A DNA stretch of 64,000 nucleotides from Burkholderiales bacterium (GCA_036560705.1 DATBQR010000018.1:446-64445); one strand, 5' to 3'; counted from the first letter of the stretch, positions 41,142 through 53,100 are shown. Notes: a model not told the origin generated them from the sequence alone. Numbers and translations are program-made.

Positions 41142-42448
41142 GCGTGGGCGATGCGCTCGTCGGCGAAGGCGAGGCGGTCGACGACCGTGTGCAGTAGCGA
41201 TTGGGAGAGCTGCAGCTGGCAGTTGACGCTCAGCTTCCTCATCGCGCCGGGACGGAATTCGGCGATCAGCGCATCGGTGATCGTCTCGACCGTGGCCTGC
41301 CGCGCGATCGCCCCCGTCTTCACGTAGGCCATCTCGCCGAAGTACGAGCCCGTGCGCAGCACGTTCAGCAGCCGTCCCTGTTTCACCACCTTCACCTCGC
41401 CGCTGGCGAGGAACAGCAGCTGCGCGCTGGTATCGCCTTCGCGCATGAGGATCGTCTGCGCGGGAAAGCGCGCCCACTGGCTGGCGTGCACCAGCTCCCA
41501 GATTTCCGCGTCGCTCAGGCCTCCCAGCGCCTTGAACGCCCGCAGCGCGGCGAACTTTTCGCGGTCCGAGATTTCCTGCTCGTAGATGCTGAAGCGGCCG
41601 ATGTCGGCCAGGTCGAAGGCGAGATCCGCCCAGTTCGGATAGCGCTTCCCGGGCTCCTTGCGCAGCATGCGCATGAGGACGCGGTCCACCTCGCGGTCGA
41701 GTCCGGGCCGCAGCTCGCTCGGCGGCGGCGCCTCCTTGTCGACGATGTTCATCAGGACCTCGGGCACCGTCTGGCCGTTGAAGGGCTTGGCGCCGGTGAA
41801 CAGCGAATAAAGCACCACGCCCAGCGAGAACATGTCGCTCTGGAAACTGAGGTCCTCGCCGCGCACCTGCTCCGGCGACATGTAGCTCGGCGTGCCGACG
41901 TCCTTGATCTGCGTCAGCTGGCTGTTGCCCGTCAGCGCGGCGCCGAAATCGACGATCTTGATCGCCGTCCCCTCCGACACCATGAGGTTTGCCGGCTTGA
42001 GGTCGCGGTGGATGATCCCCTGGCGGTGCGCGTAGTCCAGCGCGCCGCAGCACTTGAAGGCGATTTCGAAGACCTCCTCGACCTTGAGCAGGCTGTCGGG
42101 CAGCACGGCGCGCGAAAGGTTGCCGCCGGGCACGTACTCGACCGCGATGTAGCCGGATTTTTCGTCGATCGCCGCCTCGAGGATCGCGGCGATGTGGGGA
42201 TGCTGCAGCCGGCCCGCGAGCGCGGCCTCGTTCATGAACTGCTGGCGGCCGCTCTCGTTGATGCCCTCGCCGGCGAACAGGCTCTCGTCGAGCACCTTCA
42301 GGGCCACTTCCTGCCCGGAAAACGTGTCGAGCGCCTTGTAGACGGTTCCGGAACTGCCCTTGCCCAGCCGTTCCGTGATGGCGAACTTGCCGATCCGCTG
42401 GGACGGCTCCTTGATGGTGGTTTCGACGTCGTCGGTCGCGGCGTCCAT
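41138..42448 (-). CDS. Hanks-type Ser/Thr protein kinase fused to a C-terminal cyclic-nucleotide-binding domain
   Basis: 436 aa. Kinase motifs GKGSSGTVYKA, HRDLKPANLMV, DFG and SPE. C-terminal CAP/cNMP-like FPAQTILMREGDTSAQLLFLASGEVKV...GSYFGEMAY. Confidence 0.85.
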   Translation of the reverse strand: MDAATDDVETTIKEPSQRIGKFAITERLGKGSSGTVYKALDTFSGQEVALKVLDESLFAGEGINESGRQQFMNEAALAGRLQHPHIAAILEAAIDEKSGYIAVEYVPGGNLSRAVLPDSLLKVEEVFEIAFKCCGALDYAHRQGIIHRDLKPANLMVSEGTAIKIVDFGAALTGNSQLTQIKDVGTPSYMSPEQVRGEDLSFQSDMFSLGVVLYSLFTGAKPFNGQTVPEVLMNIVDKEAPPPSELRPGLDREVDRVLMRMLRKEPGKRYPNWADLAFDLADIGRFSIYEQEISDREKFAALRAFKALGGLSDAEIWELVHASQWARFPAQTILMREGDTSAQLLFLASGEVKVVKQGRLLNVLRTGSYFGEMAYVKTGAIARQATVETITDALIAEFRPGAMRKLSVNCQLQLSQSLLHTVVDRLAFADERIAHA

Positions 42449-42451
42449 GCC

Positions 42452-43501
42452 TCAGGCCTTCAGCTGGCTGCCCGGCGTCGAGCGCGAAATCTTCAATTCC
42501 TCCTCGGTCATGTCCGCGGGGACGTCGGCGAAGAGCGGCGTGCTGAGATAGCGCTCGCCCGTATCGGGCAGCATGCACAGGATGTTCGCGCCCTTCTCCG
42601 CCTCGGCCGCCACCCTGAGCGCGCCGGCGAAGGTCGCGCCCGCGGTGATACCGACAAAGATGCCTTCCCTGGCGGCAAGGTCCTTGCTGCAGCGGATGCC
42701 CTCCGGCCCCGGAATCTGCAGCAGGCGGTCGATCAGCTTCATGTCGACGGCGTCGCCGGTCAGTTTGGGGATGAAGTCCGGCGTCCAGCCCTGCATCGGA
42801 TGCGGCTTGAAGCTCGGGTGCGGCACGGCGGGCGTGCCGTCGGCCTTGCGCTTCTGCTCGATCTTGCTGCCGAGCAGGGGCGCCTCCTCCGGTTCGCAGA
42901 CGACGATGCGGGTTTTCGGACTTTCCTTGCGCAGCACGCGCGCCACGCCTTTCAGCGTGCCGCCGGTGCCGTAGCCTGTCACCCAGTAGTCGAGCCTCGT
43001 ATCGGCGAAATCATCGACGATCTCCCGCGCGGTCGTGCGCGAGTGGTAATCGGGATTGGCCTCGTTCTCGAACTGGCGCGTCATCAGCCAGCCGTGCGCG
43101 GCGGCGAGCTCTTCCATCTTCGTGATCATGCCGAGCGCCCGCTCGGCCGCCGGGGTGATTATCACTTTTGCCCCGAGGAAGCGCATGAGTTTCCGCCGCT
43201 CGACGCTGAAGGGCTCCGCCATGACCAGCACCAGCGGATACCCCTTGGCGGCGCAGACCATGGCCAGGCCGATGCCGGTGTTGCCGCTGGTCGCTTCGAT
43301 GACGGTCTGGCCCGGCTTCAGCGCCCCGGACTTCTCCGCCGCCTCGATCACGCCGAGCGCGAGGCGGTCCTTGACCGAGCCGAGCGGATTGAAGGCCTCG
43401 ACCTTGACGTACAGGTTCACGCCGGCCGGCGCCAGGCGGTTGACGCGCACCACCGGCGTGTTGCCGATCGTTTCCAGAATGCTCGAGTATCGTTTTGCCA
43501 T
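42452..43501 (-). CDS. PLP-dependent cysteine synthase family protein (CysK-like, long form)
   Basis: 349 aa with NPLGSVKDRLA (PLP lysine) and TSGNTGIGLA. Confidence 0.8.
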   Translation of the reverse strand: MAKRYSSILETIGNTPVVRVNRLAPAGVNLYVKVEAFNPLGSVKDRLALGVIEAAEKSGALKPGQTVIEATSGNTGIGLAMVCAAKGYPLVLVMAEPFSVERRKLMRFLGAKVIITPAAERALGMITKMEELAAAHGWLMTRQFENEANPDYHSRTTAREIVDDFADTRLDYWVTGYGTGGTLKGVARVLRKESPKTRIVVCEPEEAPLLGSKIEQKRKADGTPAVPHPSFKPHPMQGWTPDFIPKLTGDAVDMKLIDRLLQIPGPEGIRCSKDLAAREGIFVGITAGATFAGALRVAAEAEKGANILCMLPDTGERYLSTPLFADVPADMTEEELKISRSTPGSQLKA

Positions 43502-43520
43502 GAAAATCTCCTTGGGAGCG

Positions 43521-45308
43521 TCAGTCCGGCAACCCGGCTTTTCTCAGGTTAGCGGTTATTCTTTCCATCGTGGCGGGCGAGAACACCATGGCTTCGCGGA
43601 ACTTCGAGATGGTAATGCCGGGATAAAACTGGTAGAGGCGCTTCAATTCGGCCGCGGCCTCCTCCATCCTGCCCGCCCCGGCAAGGCAGGATACCGTGTG
43701 GCGCAACAGCCAGTTCGCATGCGGACGCTCCTGGTGCGCGCGGCGGTACAGGGCAAGCGCCTCGTCGTAGCGCGCGAAAATCTCGTGGGCCGAGCCGATA
43801 CCGACGGTGTTGTTGAAATTCATCGGATCCAGGGGACTGAGCCGGATGGCGCGCTGGAAATTCTCGATGGCGCGCTCCGGATGGTCGCTGTAATTCTCCA
43901 CCCACCCCAACCGGCTCCAGGCCCAGGCCGCGTTCGGGTCGAGCTGCACCGCGCGTTCGAGCAGGAGCCGCGCCGTGCCCAGGTTGCGCACGAACGTGTG
44001 CACGGCGCCGAGCACGGCAAGAATAAGCGGATCGTCGCCGCCCAGTTCGGCCGCCTTCTCCGCGTGCCGGAGCGCTTCTTTCTTGGAGGCTTCGGAATCC
44101 TCGGCCCAGTTGTAGACCGAACGCTGCGCGTGGCACCAGCCGGCGAGCGAGAGTGCAAGCGGGTACGCGGGATCGATGGACAGCGCCTGTCCGAGTAGTT
44201 CCAGCGCCGCCGTGCTCGCCTCCTTCTCGAGCGCCCACACCTGCGGCATCGCGCGCATGGTGTAGTCGTAGGCGCCCAGGTCCTGCGGGCGCTTGCGCCG
44301 CGCGCGTTCCACCTCGGCGAGGCGGATCGAGGGCTGCAGCGCCCCCGCCACTTGCTCGGTGATCTTGTCCTGCAAGTCAAAGACATCCTCGAGCGAACCG
44401 TCGAAGCGGTCCGCCCAGACATGCGTCCCGCTGGCCGCGTCGATCAGCTGCACCGTGATGCGCAGCCGGTTGCCCGCCTTCTGCACGCTGCCTTCCAGCA
44501 CGTAGCGCACGCCGAGTTCCCGGCCGACGCGCTGCACGTCGATCGCCTTGCCCTTGTAGAGAAACGCGGAATTGCGCGCGATGACGAAAAAAGAGCGGAT
44601 GCGCGACAGCGTCGCGGTGATCGCCTCGACCACGCCGTCGGCGAAAAATTCCTGGTCGGGATCCTTAGACATGTTGTCGAAGGGCAGCACCGCGATCGAC
44701 GGCTTGTCGGGCAACGCGAGCGGGGGCGCCGCGCGCGCCGCCGGCGCGAGGCCGCCGCTGCCGCCCGCGCCTTCGACGCCTGCGCCGCGGATGCGGTACG
44801 CCCGCACGGGCTCGGCGATGTTCTTCACCTGCTGCTCGCCCTGGTCTTCGAAACTGGCGTTGATGTTGGCTTTCACCGCATTGCGGATCGAATCCGATAC
44901 CGCGACGCCGCCCGGCTCGGAAAGCCCCTCCAGCCGCGCGGCGATGTTCACGCCGTCGCCGTACACCGTGCCGTCGGCTTTCTCGATCACGTCGCCCAGG
45001 TGCACGCCGATGCGGAATCGCATCCGGCGGTCTTCGGTTGCGCTCTCGGCCAATGCATTGATCTCTTTCTGAATCGCCAGCGCCGCGAGGACGGCTCCGG
45101 TGGCGATCTCGAACACGGCGAGCACGGAGTCCCCGGCCATGTCGATGACGCGGCCCTGGTTCGCTTCGATCATCCTGCGGAAAACACCGCGCGCCGCGTC
45201 GAGCGCAGCCACCGTCGCGCGGTCATCCGCGGCCATCAGCCGCGAATACCCCGCCACGTCGGCGGCCAGAATTGCCGCCAGGCGCTGCCTCATTTCCGGA
45301 ACGGACAA
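43521..45308 (-). CDS. Class III adenylate/guanylate cyclase with C-terminal TPR region
   Basis: 595 aa. Cyclase motifs LAAILAADVAGYSRLM...FRIGVHLGDV...GDGVNIAARLEG, then TPR-like repeats. The track start is TTG. The ATG at 45293 (MRQRLAAIL) is equally plausible. Confidence 0.85.
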   Translation of the reverse strand: MSVPEMRQRLAAILAADVAGYSRLMAADDRATVAALDAARGVFRRMIEANQGRVIDMAGDSVLAVFEIATGAVLAALAIQKEINALAESATEDRRMRFRIGVHLGDVIEKADGTVYGDGVNIAARLEGLSEPGGVAVSDSIRNAVKANINASFEDQGEQQVKNIAEPVRAYRIRGAGVEGAGGSGGLAPAARAAPPLALPDKPSIAVLPFDNMSKDPDQEFFADGVVEAITATLSRIRSFFVIARNSAFLYKGKAIDVQRVGRELGVRYVLEGSVQKAGNRLRITVQLIDAASGTHVWADRFDGSLEDVFDLQDKITEQVAGALQPSIRLAEVERARRKRPQDLGAYDYTMRAMPQVWALEKEASTAALELLGQALSIDPAYPLALSLAGWCHAQRSVYNWAEDSEASKKEALRHAEKAAELGGDDPLILAVLGAVHTFVRNLGTARLLLERAVQLDPNAAWAWSRLGWVENYSDHPERAIENFQRAIRLSPLDPMNFNNTVGIGSAHEIFARYDEALALYRRAHQERPHANWLLRHTVSCLAGAGRMEEAAAELKRLYQFYPGITISKFREAMVFSPATMERITANLRKAGLPD

Positions 45309-45453
45309 TGCCCCTCCGCTTGCGACGTCCCCGAGGTCAAGCCATTGCTCCAGCTCCGGCCGGCAGGACGATGAGATAAGGAAAACTCCGGGTTATTGTA
45401 CTCAGGCCCATCTAGGCTCATGATGCACCCTAAGCGCAATTCGGCAGAGTGCC

Positions 45454-45897
45454 ATGGACGAACCTGATCGCCGGATCAACAGCACTGCCTTCCACCAGTC
45501 TCCCCAGTTGCTGGGCGTGGTGACGTTCGACGGTACGTTGAAGGTCGTCAACGCCGCCTGGGAGAAGGCGCTGGGCTACCCGCTCAATGCGCTCGTCGGC
45601 CGCAAGCTCGCTTCGCTGGCCGACGCCAACGACCGCGCCACCGTGCTGCGGCTCATCAATCCGCGGCTCGCGGCCAGCGACCCCGCGCCGATCGAACTGT
45701 CCTTCAAGTGCAGCGATGGCACCTACAAGGCCTTCGTGTGGGAGCGGCGCCCGGTCGCCGCCGAGCAGACGATATTCCTTTCGGGCCGGGACATCACCGA
45801 GAAGAAAAAAATAGAGATCACGGACAGCCTCAAGCTGTACTCGTCGCACGTCCAGGAGCGCAGGCCTAACCTGATTGCGGGGCAGGCAAAGCGCTGA
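45454..45897 (+). CDS. Stand-alone PAS domain protein
   Basis: 147 aa with a PAS-like core: LLGVVTFDGTLKVVNAAWEKALGYPLNALVGRKL...YKAFVWERRPV...IFLSGRDITEKK. Confidence 0.65.
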   Translation: MDEPDRRINSTAFHQSPQLLGVVTFDGTLKVVNAAWEKALGYPLNALVGRKLASLADANDRATVLRLINPRLAASDPAPIELSFKCSDGTYKAFVWERRPVAAEQTIFLSGRDITEKKKIEITDSLKLYSSHVQERRPNLIAGQAKR

Positions 45898-45926
45898 GCC
45901 TGCCGCCCTGCCCGCTCAAAACAGCG

Positions 45927-46898
45927 TTACTTCAACACTGCCGGATTTACCACATTGACCGGCTTGCCGGCGATGTAGGCAGCGATCTGGCCGAAGATGT
46001 CGGAAAACTGGATCTCGTACTCGTCGCGCGAAACGTAGCCGATGTGCGGCGTGCAGACGACATTGCGCATCGTCAGCAGCGGATGGCCGGTATCCCGTAG
46101 CGGTTCTTCTTCGAACACGTCCACCGCGGCCATGCCGGGGCGGCCCGCCTTCAGGGCATCTGCCAGCGCATCCGCCTCGATCAGCTGCGCGCGGCTGGTG
46201 TTCACCATCAGCGCCGTCGGCTTCATGCGGGCGAGGTCCTGCACGGTCACGATCCCGCGCGTCGCGTCCACCAGGCGCATGTGCAGGGAAATGACGTCGC
46301 ATTCCGCGAAAAACGCCTCCTTCGACCGCGCCGCCGCATAGCCGTCCGCCCGCGCGCGCGCCAGCGCCGGTTCGCGCGCCCAGACCAGCACCTTCATGCC
46401 GAACGCCTTCGCGTAGCCCGCCACCACGCCGCCGATGCGGCCGTAGCCGTAGACGCCCAGCGTCTTGCCGCGCAGCGTGCGGCCGACGCCGATCTGCCAC
46501 TTCCCCGCCTGCAGCGAGGCCATCTGCTGCGGGATCTGGCGCATCGCGGCGATCACCAGGCCCCAGGTCATCTCGGCGGTGGCATACGACGGCGTGTCGG
46601 CGTGCATGTTCGAGCACACCAGGATGCCAAGCCGCGTGCAGGCATCGATGTCGATGTGCGGGTAGACGCTGCGCTGGCTGATGAGCTTCAGCTTCGGCAG
46701 CCGCTCGAGCAGCGGCGCCTGGATTTTCGTGCGCTCGCGGATCAGCACCAGCGCTTCGGTGTCCTTCAGCCGCTCGGCCAGGACATCCACGTCCTGGACG
46801 TGGTCGTTCCAGATTTTCACTTCGTTGCCCGCCAGCTTGCCGAAGCAGGCGAGCGTGCGCAGCGTGTCGTGGTAATCGTCGAGTATCGAAATTTTCAT
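45927..46898 (-). CDS. D-isomer-specific 2-hydroxyacid dehydrogenase family protein
   Basis: 323 aa with NAD motif [10 protein letters not shown] and the catalytic region CTPHIGYVS. Confidence 0.85.
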   Translation of the reverse strand: MKISILDDYHDTLRTLACFGKLAGNEVKIWNDHVQDVDVLAERLKDTEALVLIRERTKIQAPLLERLPKLKLISQRSVYPHIDIDACTRLGILVCSNMHADTPSYATAEMTWGLVIAAMRQIPQQMASLQAGKWQIGVGRTLRGKTLGVYGYGRIGGVVAGYAKAFGMKVLVWAREPALARARADGYAAARSKEAFFAECDVISLHMRLVDATRGIVTVQDLARMKPTALMVNTSRAQLIEADALADALKAGRPGMAAVDVFEEEPLRDTGHPLLTMRNVVCTPHIGYVSRDEYEIQFSDIFGQIAAYIAGKPVNVVNPAVLK

Positions 46899-47056
46899 GC
46901 TCTGCAGCCTCCCGGTTGCGTTCGTCAGCGCACAGACGAAATCCCACGTTGATGATCGGGCCGCGAAGGAACATACTCGCGCGCGCCTCGTAAGCCCAGT
47001 GCCTGGTCCCCAAAATTCATCCGGCCAGCCGCGCTCGTGCGACAGGCAGGGAGGAT

Positions 47057-47584
47057 ATGAAACATTTCATGCATCGGTTGATGCCGCTTCTGGCGGCCGC
47101 CCTGTTTTTGCGCTGCGGCGGAGCAAGCGCCGAACCTGCGGTCGATGCCGTGCCGCCGGATCCCTGACTCAATCTCAGTTTGCATGTCTACGGATTCTCG
47201 TACCACACGGACCGGGAAGGCGTCCGCCGCAATCACGTGGACAACGAGCTCAATCTGGGGCTCGGTCTCGGTTACGAGTTCCACAATGACGACCGGGGCA
47301 CGGCTTTTGTCGCAGCCGGATTTTACAAAGATTCCGGGCGCAACTGGGCAAAGCTCGTGGGGCCGGGCTATCAGTTCAAGCTGGGCGACCGCTGGCGACT
47401 CGGCGCCACCCTTCCGCTGATCCAGAGCCGGACCTACAACAACGGCCGCGCCTTTGTCGCGCCGATCCCGCTGCTCAGCTACGACCTGGGGGTGGCGAAG
47501 CTTAACGCCGTCTACGCCCCGCGATTCCAGCAGAACCAATTTGCTGTCTTCGGCTTTTACCTCAGCCTGCCGTTCAGTAGGTAA
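47057..47584 (+). pseudogene. PagP-like small outer-membrane beta-barrel protein with an in-frame TGA between signal peptide and barrel
   Basis: ATG 47057 encodes [36 protein letters not shown], then TGA at 47165-47167. The same frame continues LNLSLHVYGFSYHTDR...NELNLGLGLGYEF...FGFYLSLPFSR (track ORF 47180-47584, which begins at TTG). Confidence 0.55.
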
Positions 47585-48360
47585 GCGCTCTCGGTGTGCG
47601 GCGACGACGACGCAATCCGCGCGACGCGCTGCGCGGACTCGAGGTAACGCGCGCTCCATTCGTCGTCGGGCATCCGCGCGCGGTTGATTCCGCGCTCAAG
47701 CTCGAGCGCGACGCTCGAAGCCGGAAGGCCGGCGCCCTCAAGCAGCGCGAGCGCGATCCCGTCGGCCTCGCGCTGCTGCTGCACCGCCCAGCTGCTTTTC
47801 AGGACCCCCGAACTCAGCGTGGTGGCGGCGAACCGGATCGCCACGTTCAGCACGGGCAGCAGCATGCCAAGCACCGAAAACAGGAGGGCTGCCCCGGAAT
47901 CCTCTTCGGCGTGCCGCGCGATCACATGCGCCATTTCGCGGGCGATCAGAAAGGCGATCACGGCATCGGAGGGCTCCAGCCCGGCCAGCCCCGATCCCAG
48001 GACGATGCGGCCGCCCGCGCTGGATCCGGTGCCGGCGCCCAGCGCATCGTCGACTTCGATCTGAAATCCGTCGATTCGCCGCAACGGCCCAGGGAACATC
48101 TCGCGCGCCCCCGCCTCGAGCAGCAGGCCGATGGCCCTCACCCGGACGACGAACTGCGTCCGGGCTTCGCTTCTGCCGCAAGCCTGCGCGCAGGGCGCCG
48201 GCAGGACGATCCGCTGGGCGCCCGTCGAGAGGGCAAAGCGCGCGTCGGCATACACTGCCTGCACCCCGGGCAGCAAAAGGATCTGGTCCCGGCCGGTGAC
48301 CGGATTGGTCGAGCAGCCCGGCAGCAGCGCAAGAATCACGAGGAGGCGGATCATCCCCAT
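47557..48360 (-). CDS. M48-family peptidase-like lipoprotein with degenerate zinc motif (REMAH instead of HExxH)
   Basis: 267 aa. Lipobox LLPGCS. SAGGRIVLGSGL...IAFLIAREMAHVIARHAEE...READGIAL. Confidence 0.65.
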   Translation of the reverse strand: MGMIRLLVILALLPGCSTNPVTGRDQILLLPGVQAVYADARFALSTGAQRIVLPAPCAQACGRSEARTQFVVRVRAIGLLLEAGAREMFPGPLRRIDGFQIEVDDALGAGTGSSAGGRIVLGSGLAGLEPSDAVIAFLIAREMAHVIARHAEEDSGAALLFSVLGMLLPVLNVAIRFAATTLSSGVLKSSWAVQQQREADGIALALLEGAGLPASSVALELERGINRARMPDDEWSARYLESAQRVARIASSSPHTESAYLLNGRLR

Positions 48361-48430
48361 AGCCGTGGAGTCTTGCCCGCTTCAGGCGCCGGCTCTGTAC
48401 GTTACCGATCATTGACAGCGTACGCCGCGC

Positions 48431-49651
48431 TCAGCGCACCAATTGGTTGATTTCGATGATCGGCAGCAGGATGGCGAGCACGATCATCAGCACCATGCCG
48501 CCCATGAACAGGATCATCACCGGCTCGAGCAACGTCAGGAACACCGCCAAGCGCCGCTCGAGCGCCTGGGTCTCGAGGCGCGCCGCGCGCTCGAGCATCT
48601 GTTCCAGCTTGCCACTCGCCTCCCCACTCGCCACCAGATGCACCAGCAGCGGCGGGAACGCGCGCGTATCCCGCAGGGCGCGCGCCAGACCTGCGCCTTC
48701 GCGCACCCGCTCGATCGCGCGCTCGACGGCCTCTCTCATGGGGATGTTGGTCATCACCCGCGCGCTCGAATGGAGCGCCGCCAGCAAGGGCACGCCGCCG
48801 CCGACCAGGATCGCCAGCGTGCTGGCGAAGCGCGAAGTATTGACCCCGCGTACCAGCGCTCCCAGCCAGGGCGTGCGCAGCAGTAGCAGGTGCCAGTGGC
48901 GCCTTGCAGCAGCGCCGCGCAGCGCCAGGCGCGCGGCCGCAGTCGCGCCGACGACGATCGCCGCGAGGTAGGGCCAGGCGGCGCGCAGGAAGTCGCTGAG
49001 CGTGATCAGCGCGCGAGTGAGCAAGGGCAGGCTTTGCCGCGACTGCTGGAACACCTGCACCACCTGGGGCACCACGTAGATCAGCAGTCCGGTGACGATC
49101 GATACGGCGACGCTGGTGACCAGAACTGGATAAAGCAGCGCGAGGCTGGTTTTTTGTCTCAGCACCTGGCGTGCGTCAAGATAATCGGCGAGATGCTGCA
49201 ATACGGTCGGCAACGCGCCCGACTCCTCGCCGCCGTGCACCAGTGCCCGGTAGAAGTCGGGAAAACTCTTCTCGTAAGAGCCCAGCGCGCCCGCCAATGA
49301 ACTGCCGGCGGTCAATTCGGTCTTCACGCCGCCAAGCACCTCGCGCGTCATCGGCTCCGAGGCCTCTTCGATCAGGGCGTTCAGCGACTGCTCCATCGTG
49401 AGGCCGGAGGCAAGCAGTATCGCCATCTGCCGGGTGAGCAGGCTCAGCTCGGCGGCGGAGATGCCGCGCGCCCAGCTCTGCCGCGCGCGCTCGCGAGCGC
49501 GCACCTGATCGACGGCCGACGGCAGAAGCCCCTGCGCACGCAACTGGCTGCGCGCCTGCCGCGCCGTGTCGGCCTGCACCACGCCGGATACCGCGCGGCC
49601 TGCAGCGTCCAGTGCCTGGTATTGGAATGCTTCCACGGCGGCGGCGCGCAA
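48431..49651 (-). CDS. gspF: Type II secretion system inner-membrane platform protein GspF
   Basis: 406 aa with a duplicated GspF domain and 3 TM segments. Confidence 0.92.
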   Translation of the reverse strand: MRAAAVEAFQYQALDAAGRAVSGVVQADTARQARSQLRAQGLLPSAVDQVRARERARQSWARGISAAELSLLTRQMAILLASGLTMEQSLNALIEEASEPMTREVLGGVKTELTAGSSLAGALGSYEKSFPDFYRALVHGGEESGALPTVLQHLADYLDARQVLRQKTSLALLYPVLVTSVAVSIVTGLLIYVVPQVVQVFQQSRQSLPLLTRALITLSDFLRAAWPYLAAIVVGATAAARLALRGAAARRHWHLLLLRTPWLGALVRGVNTSRFASTLAILVGGGVPLLAALHSSARVMTNIPMREAVERAIERVREGAGLARALRDTRAFPPLLVHLVASGEASGKLEQMLERAARLETQALERRLAVFLTLLEPVMILFMGGMVLMIVLAILLPIIEINQLVR

Positions 49652-49657
49652 CCTCGC

Positions 49658-51087
<1,430 letters not shown>

Positions 51088-51091
<4 letters not shown>

Positions 51092-53100
51092 CGTGGCGGA
51101 AGCGCCGGCGAATCCACCGCCGGCAGAACGGGGTCGGGTGCCGGCCTCGCCCTGCCTTGCGCGCCAAGAATGTAACCGTACCGTTCGCTCGCCAGCGTAT
51201 CTGCGCTCTGGGCGTCGCGCAGGATCACTGGCCGCAGGAACACCATCAAGTTCGTTTTTGCGTGGGAGCGCGTCTTGTACTGGAATAGGGCGCCGAGGCC
51301 CGGAATATCGCCGAGCACCGGGACTTTCTGCATGCCGTCCATGACCGTATCCTGGATGAGCCCGCCGATCACCACGATCTGCCCGTCGTCTACCAGAACC
51401 GTCGACTCGACCGCGCGCTTGTTGGTGATGACGCCGGCGGCGTTGGTGGTGTCCTGGATGCTGGACACTTCCTGGTAGATCTGCAGCCGCACGGTGCCGC
51501 CCTCGGAAATCTGCGGCTTGATCCGCAGCGTCAGGCCGACATCGCGTCGCTCGATGGTCTGGAACGGCGTCGGCGTGGTCGCCGCGGCCGACACCGCGTA
51601 GGAGCCGGTGATGAACGGCACGTTCTGCCCGATGACGATCCTCGCCTCTTCGTTGTCCAGCGTGAGCAGGGTCGGCGTGGACAGGATGTTGGCGTTGTTG
51701 TCGGTCTGCAGCGCGCGCACCAGAAGAGCAAGATTGAGGATCTGCGTGGAAGTACCGGGAATGGTGACGCTGCCCTTTATGACGCCGACATTCAGTCCCT
51801 GGCCTGCGCCTGCCGGGTTCGCGGCGATGCCGAGAATGTTCTGGCTGGGAGTGCCGAAATTAGTGCCGCCGAACGACTGCGTCGAAGCCTTGGCCAGCCC
51901 GCCCAGGCTCTGCCACTGGATGCCGAATTCAGCCGCCATGTCGCCGGTGATTTCTGCGATCACCGCTTCGACGTAAACCTGCGCGCGGCGCACGTCCAGC
52001 TTGTCCAGCGCCGCTCGCAGGCCATTGTAGATTGCGTCGGGCGCATTGATGATGATCGAGTTGGTCGCTGCATCCGCCTGAATGATGCCGGGCGATCCTG
52101 CCGCGGACTGCGTGGGCGCAGCCGCGCTCAGAGGCGTGGCCATCGACGACGTCGCGGGCGGTGCAGCCATTGCCTGCGCCCCGAAGGACGCCGTTGCGCG
52201 CGGTGCGGCAGGGGCGGATTCGCCGAGAAAAATGGCCCGCAGGGTCTCAGCGACTTTCACTGCCTCGGCATTCTTCAGATGCACGACGTGAATGTTGCCG
52301 CCGGCACCGGTGGGCGAATCGAGCACCGCGACGAAGGAGCGCAACCGTGCGAGCCGCGACGGATTGTCCGAGCGCGCGAGAAGGCTGTTCGAGCGCGTGT
52401 CCGCCATGATCGTCATGCGCTGCGCCGTCTCCGTGCCGGACGGACCGGGGGCCTGCGCCGTCTCCGCGAAAAGCCGGTTGACCGTCTGCGCCACCTCCAG
52501 CGCCGACGCGTAAACCAGCGGGATCATGATCGGCTCCGTGCTGCTCTGCTGGTCGATCGAGTCGATGATCTTGCCGATGCGCTGCAGATTGTTCGCATAG
52601 TCCGTGATGACCAGCGTGTTGTTGCCCGGATAGGCCGTGATGGCGTTGCTGGGGGCGATCAGCGGGCGCAGGATCGGCACCAGTTGCGCGGCCGACTCGT
52701 ACTTCAGCGCGAACACCTGGGTCTGGATCTGGTCGCCTGTCGCGCGCGGCCTGTCCTGCGGGCCGAGCGTCGGGCCGGACTGCAGCTTCGCCTCGCTCTC
52801 GGGGACGATCTTGACGATGCCGCGCTCTTCTATCGCGGCGAAACCCTGCAGGCGCAGCGCCGAGAGGAAAACTTCGTAAACGAGCGCCCTCGACATCGGC
52901 CGTGCGGAAATAATGTTGACCGTGCCCTTGACGCGCTGGTCGAGCACGAAGTTCTTGCCGGTAATTTCGCTCACCGCCTTCACCACGCCCTCGATGTCGG
53001 CGTTGACGAAATTGAGGGTAACCTGGTCGGCGTCTGCCGGCCATGCCGGCCCGGTGCAGAGCAGTATGGCCACCCACAGGATCCCGGCTCGCAACCTCAT
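51088..53100 (-). CDS. gspD: Type II secretion system secretin GspD
   Basis: 670 aa with a signal peptide, N domains and a secretin C-domain ([14 protein letters not shown]). Confidence 0.93.
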
